Under the pieces are notes generated by a model. That model searched no databases, was not told where the DNA came from, and saw nothing but the letters and a program-made list of their open reading frames with translations. DNA of 64,000 bases from Minisyncoccia bacterium. GTDB lineage: Bacteria; Patescibacteriota; Minisyncoccia; UBA6257; GWB1-50-10. The DNA is taken from contig JBEKVQ010000002.1 in NCBI GenBank assembly GCA_049997815.1, positions 74,483-138,482 of the forward strand, written 5' to 3'. Shown one piece after another: positions 17,796-26,601 of the stretch (within the stretch, counting starts at the first letter, position 1; every line of letters starts with the position of its first letter). Position numbers and translations under genes: made by a program.

Positions 17796-18938
17796 ATGAG
17801 TGAAAATCCCTTGGTGAGTATTTGTATAACCTTTTTCGGCGCAGAAAAGTACATCCGCAGGGTTCTTTATAGTTGCCTGAATCAAACATACAGGAACATA
17901 GAAGTAGTGATAGTTGACGATGTAAGCATTGACGGGAGCGAGGAGATAATAAAGGAATATGCCAAACGGGACCCCCGGATAAAATACTTTAGGAATACCG
18001 AAAGAGAGCGTTTCATGCTGGGCCTTGCAAAGGCGTTTAAGCTTGCGAAAGGGGATTTTGTTATGTTCATCGGAGCAGACGATTGGTTGTCGAGGGATTA
18101 CATAGAGAACGGGGTGCGAAGTTTCAAGGAGCACCCCGACGCTGCCGGCATAGTCCCCAGAATGATAGGTTTGTTCGAGGTGGACAGCAATAAATTCAAA
18201 TTCCGCAACGAAATATTCGGAAATTTTTCCCCTCCCAAAATCTATTCTGCCGAATGGTTCGCAAAGCGCGCGTATAAAGGGATAGATGCGAACGTAGGCG
18301 CACTGGCATTAACGAGAAAAGAAGATGCGGTGAGCGCGGCGGATTATTTTATTGAGAATTACTACAATAATCCCTCCGATTCCATCCCCGAAGAATTAAA
18401 AAAATCATTTCTCAGGGGGTTCAGCAGCGACGCGATGTCGTTTTTGGAGATTCTAACCAGATATAAAAGTTTCGTTTTCGACAGTTCGTTGAATCATTTT
18501 CACACAACAGGAGGACAAACCCAGCATTTTGAGGGTATTGAGGGAAGGGAATCGCTATCCGAGATTTTCAAACAGGCTCATTATTATACGATCATATTCA
18601 AATATATTTATGAACCGAGATGGACGAGGTTTTACCGGAAAATGAAGATCTTTCTGGCGTCGGAAGCGCTATCGTCGGTATTTATTTATTTTTTGAGATC
18701 CGGCCTTCGCCCGTATTTCTTGAATATCAGGGGGGGTAGGGAAGCGATTCACGAGGTTTTCAAAGATTTTTCGATCTTTGAAACCGTGACGGTGATTTTA
18801 TATTCGATTTCGTTGGTTATATATCGCTGTTTTAAATTTATCGGGAAGCTGTTTACGGAAGAGAGTGTGTATAAAAAAGAATCCCGCATATTCACGCGGG
18901 AGAACTTTCTGAATTCGGAGGGTCGTTTCGCGGAATGA
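17796..18938 (+). CDS. Glycosyltransferase family 2 (N-terminal GT-A domain) with C-terminal domain of unknown function
   Basis: VSICITFFGAEKYIRRVLYSCLNQTYRNIEVVIVDDVSIDGS. Confidence 0.8.
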   Translation: MSENPLVSICITFFGAEKYIRRVLYSCLNQTYRNIEVVIVDDVSIDGSEEIIKEYAKRDPRIKYFRNTERERFMLGLAKAFKLAKGDFVMFIGADDWLSRDYIENGVRSFKEHPDAAGIVPRMIGLFEVDSNKFKFRNEIFGNFSPPKIYSAEWFAKRAYKGIDANVGALALTRKEDAVSAADYFIENYYNNPSDSIPEELKKSFLRGFSSDAMSFLEILTRYKSFVFDSSLNHFHTTGGQTQHFEGIEGRESLSEIFKQAHYYTIIFKYIYEPRWTRFYRKMKIFLASEALSSVFIYFLRSGLRPYFLNIRGGREAIHEVFKDFSIFETVTVILYSISLVIYRCFKFIGKLFTEESVYKKESRIFTRENFLNSEGRFAE

Positions 18939-18953
18939 CCCTGGCCACTTGGA

Positions 18954-18983
18954 TTGACAGAGATAGACCTTAAATGGTATATT
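18954..18983 (+). promoter_or_regulatory. Promoter TTGACA-18-TGgTATATT for FkbM methyltransferase / RmlC-like operon
   Basis: ttgaca 18954-59; tgg tatatt 18975-83. Confidence 0.55.
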
Positions 18984-19034
18984 TGCGACAGTCATTTAAC
19001 CACGAAGTCAGAAAAACAATAGAGGAAACAAAAA

Positions 19035-20081
19035 ATGGCAACCATTACACACATCATAAATCCAAACCCTCGGCTTACGAAACATCTGGTTTCGAAGAAC
19101 GAATTCGCGGAAGAGCTGTTGACCGTCGTCGACGGGGGTGCAAAGGGTGGATTTGAAGAGTGTTGGAACTGGTATTCCGGACAGATACGGCTCCTCGGTT
19201 TTGAACCGAATGTCGCCGAGTATAAGAAACTAAAAAAGGAGATTGTGAAGGCCGGGCAGCGATATTTCCCGACGGCTCTCTCCGATAAAAAAGGGCGCCG
19301 TGCTCTCAGGATCTATGAACTTGCGGCGGCGACCTCTTTTTTGAGGCCGAATTTCCGATTTCTTAAGCGACTGCCTAGCTCGGAGAGCTTTACACTCAAA
19401 AAGAGAATCTCCGTACCCACCGATAATCTCGATTCGATCGTGCGCTCGATAGGACTCAATGCCGTGGATTTCATAAAGCTCGATACGCAGGGAACGGAAC
19501 TCGAGATCCTGCGGGGAGCGAAAAGAATACTGCGTTCCGCACTCGGAGTGACCGTAGAGTGTGCGTTTAATCCGTTTTATGAAAAAGAAACGACGTTTAC
19601 GGATATCGACCGATTTCTGAAACCGTTGGGTTTCTCGCTCTTCAATTTGCCTACGTTCCGTTATGCGCGGACCGAGCTCTCGGTATATCAGGGGACGAGA
19701 ATTCATCAGAATACCAATCCCCATGGCCAGGTTTGCTGGTGCGAGGCGCTCTACTTCCGAGATGCGGCGGATGAAATTCTTCATGGGAAAGGCACTAAAT
19801 GGAAACGTCCCCGGATTTTGAAACTTGCGAGCCTAATGGAGCTTTTCAGCTTCCAGGATTGTGCGATGGAATTACTTCGCGTCGCTTCTGAGGCAGGACG
19901 ACTCAAGGGCGATGATTTGAAGCAAATGTTCGAATTTTTGGTTCCCGATGTCGATGGGGAAGAATACCCGTACGCCGCGTACGTTGAATATATGAGAGCA
20001 ACGCATGAACTCGATTTCCAGAAACGGACGGAGTTCGCGAAACTAAAACGCTCATCGAAAGGAAGGAGAAATCAATCATGA
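19035..20081 (+). CDS. FkbM-family methyltransferase
   Basis: VVDGGAKGGFEE, IKLDTQGTELEILRGAK (FkbM motifs); GAGGA SD. Confidence 0.75.
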   Translation: MATITHIINPNPRLTKHLVSKNEFAEELLTVVDGGAKGGFEECWNWYSGQIRLLGFEPNVAEYKKLKKEIVKAGQRYFPTALSDKKGRRALRIYELAAATSFLRPNFRFLKRLPSSESFTLKKRISVPTDNLDSIVRSIGLNAVDFIKLDTQGTELEILRGAKRILRSALGVTVECAFNPFYEKETTFTDIDRFLKPLGFSLFNLPTFRYARTELSVYQGTRIHQNTNPHGQVCWCEALYFRDAADEILHGKGTKWKRPRILKLASLMELFSFQDCAMELLRVASEAGRLKGDDLKQMFEFLVPDVDGEEYPYAAYVEYMRATHELDFQKRTEFAKLKRSSKGRRNQS

Positions 20082-20584
20082 GATTCGAGAAAACCAAATT
20101 GGACGGAGTCCTGCTTATCACGCCGGACATCAATGATACCGATTTCCGCGGCCCCTACGTCGAGCCCTACAATAAGAAAGAGTTCGCCGAAAATGGGATA
20201 AATATAGATTTTGTCGTGGACGACTTTTCGATGTCATTCCGGGGAGTATTGCGCGGCCTTCATGGGGATCAGGAAACGTATAAGCTTGTCTCCTGCCGCA
20301 TCGGGCAGCTCTATCTCGTGGTTCTGAATTATGACGAAAATTCGCCGCAGTTCGGTCAGTGGCAGAGTTTCTCCTTAAGCGACACGAATCATCAGCAGGT
20401 GCTTATCCCCCCGAAGTTCGCTAACGGCCACCTGGCGCTTTCCGAACGGGTAATGTTCTCCTACAAACAGTCGGAGTATTATCATCCGGAACGGCAGTTC
20501 TCGGTCAGATTCGATGACTCACGGTTCAACATCTGGTGGCCCATTAAGAACCCCATTCGTTCGCTAAGGGATGAGGGAAAGTAG
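20078..20584 (+). CDS. RmlC-like cupin sugar-nucleotide 3,5-epimerase (dTDP-4-dehydrorhamnose 3,5-epimerase family)
   Basis: ATGA overlap; GVLRGLHGD, QQVLIPPKFANGH, strong SD GGAAGGAG. Confidence 0.8.
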   Translation: MRFEKTKLDGVLLITPDINDTDFRGPYVEPYNKKEFAENGINIDFVVDDFSMSFRGVLRGLHGDQETYKLVSCRIGQLYLVVLNYDENSPQFGQWQSFSLSDTNHQQVLIPPKFANGHLALSERVMFSYKQSEYYHPERQFSVRFDDSRFNIWWPIKNPIRSLRDEGK

Positions 20585-20607
20585 TACGTTCGATCATCAT
20601 CGTGAAA

Positions 20608-20645
20608 GCCCGGAGCTATTGTGTCCGGGCTTTTTCATTTTTATC
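20608..20645 (+). terminator. Rho-independent terminator
   Basis: gcccgga-gctattgtg-tccgggc + tttttcattttt. Confidence 0.8.
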
Positions 20646-20665
20646 GGTGGGTAGCAAGCCGTTCC

Positions 20666-20695
20666 TTGACAGTCCATGTGGATTTTTGTTACTGT
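20666..20695 (+). promoter_or_regulatory. Promoter TTGACA-18-TGtTACTGT
   Basis: ttgaca 20666-71; tg t tactgt 20687-95; strong SD GAAGGAGGAAGG before ATG 20759. Confidence 0.45.
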
Positions 20696-20758
20696 TTCCT
20701 CAGTTTCATTACCAATAAGACACACTAAAACAGAAAGAAAGAAGGAGGAAGGACAGCT

Positions 20759-22567
20759 ATGGAAAACCTAACTGCTGGACGGCCGACGATTGCCGAACTG
20801 GTCGAAAAATCGAAACACATCCGCAACCTTATTCTTAATATGTGCGAGAAGGCGGGAACGGGTCACGTGAATTCGTCCTATTCCTGCATCGAGCTTATGG
20901 TTGCGCTCTATCACGGGGGAATCCTCGAATTCGATCCGAAGAACCCGAAGTGGAACGATCGCGACCGGTTCATTCTGAGTAAAGGACAAGCCAGTCCGGG
21001 ACTGTATGTGGTCCTTGCTGATTTGGGATTCTTCCCGTTGGAGGAACTCGACCATTTTAATCGTGCCGAAGGAATTTTCGGCGTGCATCTCCAAAACACC
21101 GTTCCGGGAGTCGAGATAACCTCCGGTTCATTGGGACACGGTTTCGGGGTAGCGCAGGGAATCGCCCTTGCCGAGAAAATGGACGGGAAACACCACCTTG
21201 TCGTGACACTCCTCGGAGACGGAGAGTGCTACGAAGGGTCCGTGTGGGAAACGGCGATGCTTGCGAGTCATCATCGGCTCAATAATCTGGTCGCCATCGT
21301 CGACCGGAACTACATGTGCGCCATTGATTTTACGGAAGACGTTAATCAGCTTGAACCGCTCGATAAGAAGTGGGAATCGTTTGGATGGAGAGTCGTCCGC
21401 ATTAACGGCCATTCCTTTGAACAGATTTTTGCGGCTTTCGACGGGATTCGTTCTCGGCGTTCGACGCAACCCCTGCTCATCATCGCGGATACCGTGAAAG
21501 GCAAAGGTGTGGGGTTCATGAGTGATTCTCCGTTCTGGCATTCGCAGGCTCCTAAGGGAAAGTTCTTTACCATTGCCCAGCAGGAGCTGAACGAGAATGT
21601 CCGGCCCCAGCGGCAGGTGGAGCATGAGATCGTCAAAAGACCCTCGATGCGGGATGCGTTCTGGAACAAGATTTACGACCTCGCGGTTCTCGACCGAAAT
21701 TTAATCCTCGTCTCGGCGGATCAAAATTCGCCGACCCTCGACGATGATTTCCGGAAGAAGATCCCCCAGCAGTTCCTGAACGTGGGGATCGCCGAGCAGA
21801 ACATGGTTCTCGTTGCTGCCGGACTTGCCATAGGGGGCAAGAAGGCGTTCGCGCATGCTATTGCTCCATTCATCACGCTTCGGTGTTATGAGCATATCAA
21901 AATGCAGCTTTCGGCGATGAAGATACCAGTGACGCTTGTGGGAGTGGGGGCTGGATTCAGTTATCCCGACTCTGGACCCACGCACCACACACTTGAAGAT
22001 CTCTCCATTATGCGGACCCTGCCCAATATGCTGGTTCATAATATCTCGGATGACGTGATGGCTGCGGCTTTCGCTCTAATCGCCTATCGCGAACAGCGTC
22101 CACGCTATATACGTCTGGACCGGGAGGCGTGCCCCAATATTCACCAGGCGGACGCCGATTTTTCGAGTGGTGTAGCACTTCTTCGGGATGGCGACGGTCC
22201 ATGCATCGTTGCTACCGGTAATATGGTTCATCGGGCGCTTGCAGTCGCCGAGAATCTCAGTCAAACGATTCCGGGGATCAGGGTTGTAGAGATATATACC
22301 TTCCCCGTGAATCTCGGCGCGTTCGCTGAAGCGATTGGTCCATCGAAACGGGTAGTGACCCTGGAAGAACACTTCCTACCTGGAGGATTGGGGAGTGCAG
22401 TCACTGAGGCGCTCGCGGATTCCGGTATTTGTGTGCCGGTCAAACGGATTGGTGTGGATCCATCGAAGGGATACTGCTACCGATACGGCGGCCGCGGAAA
22501 CATCCAGTTGCAGTATGGGTTGGACGAAGAGAGCATTATCGGCAAGGTCTCGCTGTTCTTGCAGTAG
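20759..22567 (+). CDS. Fused (N+C) transketolase-family enzyme, paralogue of the split pair at 16036-17794
   Basis: DPKNPKWNDRDRFILSKGQASPGLYVVLADLGFF nearly identical in pattern to the split N subunit; GDGECYEGSVWE ThDP motif; 602 aa. Confidence 0.85.
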   Translation: MENLTAGRPTIAELVEKSKHIRNLILNMCEKAGTGHVNSSYSCIELMVALYHGGILEFDPKNPKWNDRDRFILSKGQASPGLYVVLADLGFFPLEELDHFNRAEGIFGVHLQNTVPGVEITSGSLGHGFGVAQGIALAEKMDGKHHLVVTLLGDGECYEGSVWETAMLASHHRLNNLVAIVDRNYMCAIDFTEDVNQLEPLDKKWESFGWRVVRINGHSFEQIFAAFDGIRSRRSTQPLLIIADTVKGKGVGFMSDSPFWHSQAPKGKFFTIAQQELNENVRPQRQVEHEIVKRPSMRDAFWNKIYDLAVLDRNLILVSADQNSPTLDDDFRKKIPQQFLNVGIAEQNMVLVAAGLAIGGKKAFAHAIAPFITLRCYEHIKMQLSAMKIPVTLVGVGAGFSYPDSGPTHHTLEDLSIMRTLPNMLVHNISDDVMAAAFALIAYREQRPRYIRLDREACPNIHQADADFSSGVALLRDGDGPCIVATGNMVHRALAVAENLSQTIPGIRVVEIYTFPVNLGAFAEAIGPSKRVVTLEEHFLPGGLGSAVTEALADSGICVPVKRIGVDPSKGYCYRYGGRGNIQLQYGLDEESIIGKVSLFLQ

Positions 22568-22590
22568 GCAAAGAGCGGGAGACCATCTTG

Positions 22591-22628
22591 GGCCTCACTT
22601 GGAAACAAGTGAGGCCTTTTTATTTTCA
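22591..22628 (+). terminator. Rho-independent terminator
   Basis: ggcctcacttg-gaaa-caagtgaggcc + ttttttattttc. Confidence 0.85.
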
Positions 22629-22658
22629 TTATTGAAACCGAAATTCTCAGGAATGTAC

Positions 22659-22688
22659 TTGACACAATACCGTAAAATTTAGTATTAT
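22659..22688 (+). promoter_or_regulatory. Promoter TTGACA-18-TATTAT
   Basis: ttgaca 22659-64; tattat 22683-88; GGAGA SD; ATG 22738. Confidence 0.55.
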
Positions 22689-22737
22689 TCTTTCAGTTTA
22701 ATTACCAATTTCACGTGCTTATGTAGGAGAATTGAGA

Positions 22738-23688
22738 ATGAAAACCGAAAGCGTTTTGACCACAGGTGATTTTGCCAGTTTAGTCGGCACAGATATCATA
22801 GATCTTAAAAAATATCTCCAAGGCCGGACATTGGACGGCAATTTTTTATACAGAGAACGCACCGGTACCGAGCGCGATGAAGCGATTCTCTTCGTACTCA
22901 AAAAGATCGGATCCGGCGAACTTCTGGTCGCGAGAGAACAGATGAATAAAGATTACTGGACGAATTATTGGGGGGATATTCTTAAGGATTTCCTCGCAAA
23001 CGGGTGTGATGTGACAAGGCTCACTCCTCAGTACATGCGCCGATATCCTTTCTTTCGGCTCTGCCGGAACTACGTCGATTCCGAAGATGCAACATTCACG
23101 ACACGGTGGTTTGATGTTCTGAAGACCTGTTTGTTCAGTCAATATTTGCGGGAGGCCGATTCGGTTTACGAATTCGGTTGCGGACCGGGGCACAATCTGG
23201 TGCTCCTCGCGAAGCTGTTTCCTGAGAAGAATCTTCTCGGATTCGACTGGGTGCAGCCGTCGGCGGATATTTTGACGGCCATGGCGAACGAACACCATTA
23301 CCGCCTCACGGGAGGAGTTTTCGATATTTACTCGCCTGACGAGAGTATCGCGTTTCCACCCTTAAGTGCCGTGATGACAATCCATGCTTTGGAGCAGATC
23401 GGACCGAACTTCGAGCCGTTCCTGGATTTCCTCCTCAGAAAGTCACCCGCGCTGTGCCTTCACATCGAGCCCATTTACGAGCTCTACGATCCGGACAACC
23501 TGATTGATTGGCTCGCCATGGAGTTTCACCGGAAACGGAAGTATCTTGATGGTTTCCTGACCCGTCTCAAGGAACTCGATGAGAGAGGTGTTATCGAACT
23601 CATAAAGGTGCAACGAGTGCCCTTCGGAAGCACATTTCACGATCCTTACTCGTACATCGTGTGGCGGCCGTTGCGAAAAAAGATCTGA
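22738..23688 (+). CDS. Putative class I SAM-dependent methyltransferase
   Basis: VYEFGCGPGHNLVLLAKLFPEKNLLGFDWV (motif I-like); TTG at 22732 is an alternative start. Confidence 0.65.
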   Translation: MKTESVLTTGDFASLVGTDIIDLKKYLQGRTLDGNFLYRERTGTERDEAILFVLKKIGSGELLVAREQMNKDYWTNYWGDILKDFLANGCDVTRLTPQYMRRYPFFRLCRNYVDSEDATFTTRWFDVLKTCLFSQYLREADSVYEFGCGPGHNLVLLAKLFPEKNLLGFDWVQPSADILTAMANEHHYRLTGGVFDIYSPDESIAFPPLSAVMTIHALEQIGPNFEPFLDFLLRKSPALCLHIEPIYELYDPDNLIDWLAMEFHRKRKYLDGFLTRLKELDERGVIELIKVQRVPFGSTFHDPYSYIVWRPLRKKI

Positions 23689-23725
23689 AATCCGTCGCCT
23701 TTCACAAAACACGTTTCAAAATAAT

Positions 23726-23763
23726 CCCTCCTCTGCCCAATAGCGGAGGGGGATTTTTATTTC
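23726..23763 (+). terminator. Rho-independent terminator (+ strand)
   Basis: ccctcc-(13 nt)-ggaggg + atttttattt. Confidence 0.55.
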
Positions 23764-23775
23764 ACGGATATAAAA

Positions 23776-23800
23776 ATACACCACTGTGTCAGTGGTGTAT
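23776..23800 (-). terminator. Perfect 11-bp hairpin terminator for the minus-strand radical SAM gene
   Basis: atacaccactg-tgt-cagtggtgtat; U-run on minus strand (ttttatatccg). Confidence 0.7.
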
Positions 23801-23825
23801 TGAATTTAAATGGGATTGCAGTGAA

Positions 23826-25340
23826 TTATTTAGCCAGGTGATTTCTTTTCAGGCTAATTGCTGATTCCTCCTTAATCTTGTCTACGGTTGGTTCGCCGAA
23901 TTTTCTGCGGATCATTTCAAGATGAGCAGGGTTAGTGAAGCAGGTTTTCCACGCCCAATCTCTGAACTGGAGAACCTGCTGGCCGGTTAAATATCGGGTC
24001 GGCAAGGGCAGGGTATTTTCGGAATGTTGCGAGTAGCCATCCCAACTTTTTGGAAGCGGCCATCCCTCCTTCACGGCTAGATTGTAGAGCTGTGAACCGG
24101 GATAGGCCATTGCCGAATAAAAATTGGAATATTCGCAATTCAATTCCATCGCCTGAGAGAGCGTTTGTTGCATCGAGTCGTAATCGTCCTCAGGGAGTCC
24201 GAAGATGTAATTAGCAGCGACGTAAATTCCGCCGTCTCTGACTTGTTTTATCACGGAAAAAACATCGCTGTCCTTGAATTCCCCTTTCCTTGCATCATTA
24301 CGCACTCGTTCGCTTGCCGCCTCGATTCCGAAGCAAAGCCAACGGAAGCCGGCCCTTCTTAACTTTTCGATAATTTCGTCTCCGGAGATCGTGTCAACGC
24401 GGGTATAGGCCCAGATATTCAGGTCATATCCCCGTTCGATAATCAAATCGCAGATGCCGTTCACGTGTTTCATGTTCAATACAAACATTTCATCCGCAAA
24501 CTTGATGTTCTTTATTCCGAACTTCTCGACGAGAAAACCTATCTGGTCCACAACGAGCTTTGGGTTCCAAAACCGGTAACTGTTTACTTCGGATTTGATT
24601 CCCATCGCGCCTTCCCCGCTTTTGAAAGGAGCTTGAATACAGCAGAAAGAACAGTGATACGGACAACCCAGGGTCGTGTATATTGAGGCATAAGGTTGCC
24701 GTATCAAATCTCCGTAAGAATGCCATAGGTTCGTCCTGTAGAGGTTCATCGGTAAAAGATCCCAGGCGATCCCATTCATTTCTTCGTTGAGATTTTTTAC
24801 GAGAGGAGCCGGTGAGGTCGTTACCAATTCATCGTCTGATTTGTATATCAGGCCCCTGACTTTCCGGTAATCAGTTTCCCTTACCTTTATCGCTTCAGTC
24901 AGGTCGAGTAAGGTGTAGGGTCCTTCCCCCGTGCAAACAAAGTCAACGCACTCCTCGTTCAACGTTTTTTCCGGAAGAGCGGCCACATGTCCTCCGATCA
25001 TGATGATCTTCAGATTCGGATCGGCTTCTTTGATCGCCCTTGCAATCCTGCCGGCCGAAGGCATTACCTGCGTTGATGCGGAAGGATTATGGCCATAGCA
25101 GACTATTGCAACGAGTTCGGGATTGATATCGGCAACTCGACTTGCAACTTCTTTCGGATCAAGACGTTCGACATATGCATCGATGATGGAGGAAGAAATA
25201 TTTTTCTTTCTCAAGAAGGTTGCTAAAAGTCCTGCCCAAATCGGATTTTCGCAGGCACTTTGTCGGTTTCCCAATTCTTGATAGATTTCAACGTTGTCTC
25301 CCGGAGCTATCATTACCACATCTAATCCCTTGGTCTTCAT
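23826..25340 (-). CDS. Cobalamin (B12)-binding radical SAM enzyme (class B radical SAM, probable methyltransferase)
   Basis: N-terminal B12-binding-like region (VVMIAPGDN...PELVAIVCYGHNPSAS); CPYHCSFC CxxxCxxC cluster. Confidence 0.8.
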   Translation of the reverse strand: MKTKGLDVVMIAPGDNVEIYQELGNRQSACENPIWAGLLATFLRKKNISSSIIDAYVERLDPKEVASRVADINPELVAIVCYGHNPSASTQVMPSAGRIARAIKEADPNLKIIMIGGHVAALPEKTLNEECVDFVCTGEGPYTLLDLTEAIKVRETDYRKVRGLIYKSDDELVTTSPAPLVKNLNEEMNGIAWDLLPMNLYRTNLWHSYGDLIRQPYASIYTTLGCPYHCSFCCIQAPFKSGEGAMGIKSEVNSYRFWNPKLVVDQIGFLVEKFGIKNIKFADEMFVLNMKHVNGICDLIIERGYDLNIWAYTRVDTISGDEIIEKLRRAGFRWLCFGIEAASERVRNDARKGEFKDSDVFSVIKQVRDGGIYVAANYIFGLPEDDYDSMQQTLSQAMELNCEYSNFYSAMAYPGSQLYNLAVKEGWPLPKSWDGYSQHSENTLPLPTRYLTGQQVLQFRDWAWKTCFTNPAHLEMIRRKFGEPTVDKIKEESAISLKRNHLAK

Positions 25341-25470
25341 GACGTCGTCCCCTTATTTGGTTTTTGGTTTCAAGAATCTAGTTCGAGCATAACTATTTTT
25401 TGGGGATTTGGCAAGCCCCTGAGGGTTTCGGCTCTATTCCGAACAAATCGTTCATCACCATTGGGAGGGG

Positions 25471-25498
25471 TTGCACACTTAGGGCGAGAGGGTGTAAT
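25471..25498 (+). promoter_or_regulatory. Putative promoter TTGCAC-16-TGTAAT
   Basis: ttgcac 25471-76; tgtaat 25493-98. Confidence 0.35.
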
Positions 25499-25533
25499 TT
25501 TAATAACATCGTTACAGGAAATATTGTTTCAAA

Positions 25534-26472
25534 ATGGCAAAAATATTAGTTACAGGTGGCGCGGGGTATATCGGTTCCGTTCTCGTTCCGGAGCTTTTGC
25601 GGGCGGAACATGAAGTTACGGTTATCGATAATTTTCTCTATGGTCAAACCCCGTTTTTGGAAGTATGCCACATTAAACATTTCACGATTGTGAGGGGAGA
25701 TGCTCGTGATAGAGAACTGATTGCGAAGCATATTGTCGGGAAAGATTATATTATTCCGCTCGCGTGCCTCGTAGGAGCGCCGGTTTGCGACCGGGACCCT
25801 ATTACCGCGAGGACCACGAATGTGGGGGCCGTGGAACTAATCTTGAAATTAAGGAAGCCCGGGCAAAGGATTATCTTCCCGAATACGAACAGTGGATACG
25901 GAACAGGCCGAGGCGACACGACGTTTTGCACGGAAGAGACCCCGCTTAACCCGATATCCCTGTATGGCCGGCTTAAGGTGGAGGCGGAGCGCAAGATCCT
26001 CGAAGCGGGAGAGGCGATAACGTTCCGTTTGGCAACCGTCTGTGGCATGAGCCCGCGTATGCGTTTGGATCTTCTCGTTAATGACTTCGTATACCGCGCC
26101 GTGAACGACCGATTCATCGTTCTTTTTGAAGCCCACTTCAAGCGGAACTTCATCCATGTGCGGGATGTCGCTCGCGCATTTGTGCATGCGATAGACAACT
26201 TCGAGGCCATGAAAAATAATGCCTACAATGTGGGTCTGTCGGACGCGAATCTGAGCAAGTGGGAACTCTGTGAAGAGATAAAAAAGCACGTTCCCGACTT
26301 CGTGTGCATTTCCTCCGGGGTGGGTAAAGATGTTGATCAAAGAAACTACATCGTCAGCAATGCAAAAATAGAACTGACTGGATTCAAGCCCATCACCCCT
26401 CTCGCGGACGCCATACCCGAACTCATCAAGGGGTTCACGATCGTCAAGAGGAATATGTACGGAAACGTCTAG
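25534..26472 (+). CDS. NAD-dependent epimerase/dehydratase (extended SDR)
   Basis: MAKILVTGGAGYIGSVLV; YGRLKVEAE. Confidence 0.8.
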   Translation: MAKILVTGGAGYIGSVLVPELLRAEHEVTVIDNFLYGQTPFLEVCHIKHFTIVRGDARDRELIAKHIVGKDYIIPLACLVGAPVCDRDPITARTTNVGAVELILKLRKPGQRIIFPNTNSGYGTGRGDTTFCTEETPLNPISLYGRLKVEAERKILEAGEAITFRLATVCGMSPRMRLDLLVNDFVYRAVNDRFIVLFEAHFKRNFIHVRDVARAFVHAIDNFEAMKNNAYNVGLSDANLSKWELCEEIKKHVPDFVCISSGVGKDVDQRNYIVSNAKIELTGFKPITPLADAIPELIKGFTIVKRNMYGNV

Positions 26473-26601
26473 AGTCCTTGTAGCATTGAAGAGGAGATTA
26501 CGGGCCAGTATGATATTGCCAGTCTATACGTACCATAGGTAGAAAGTAACCTTAGGGGATCGTTAGGGTATTTTCGCGGCATTAAAGTTGAAACTGCTCA
26601 T

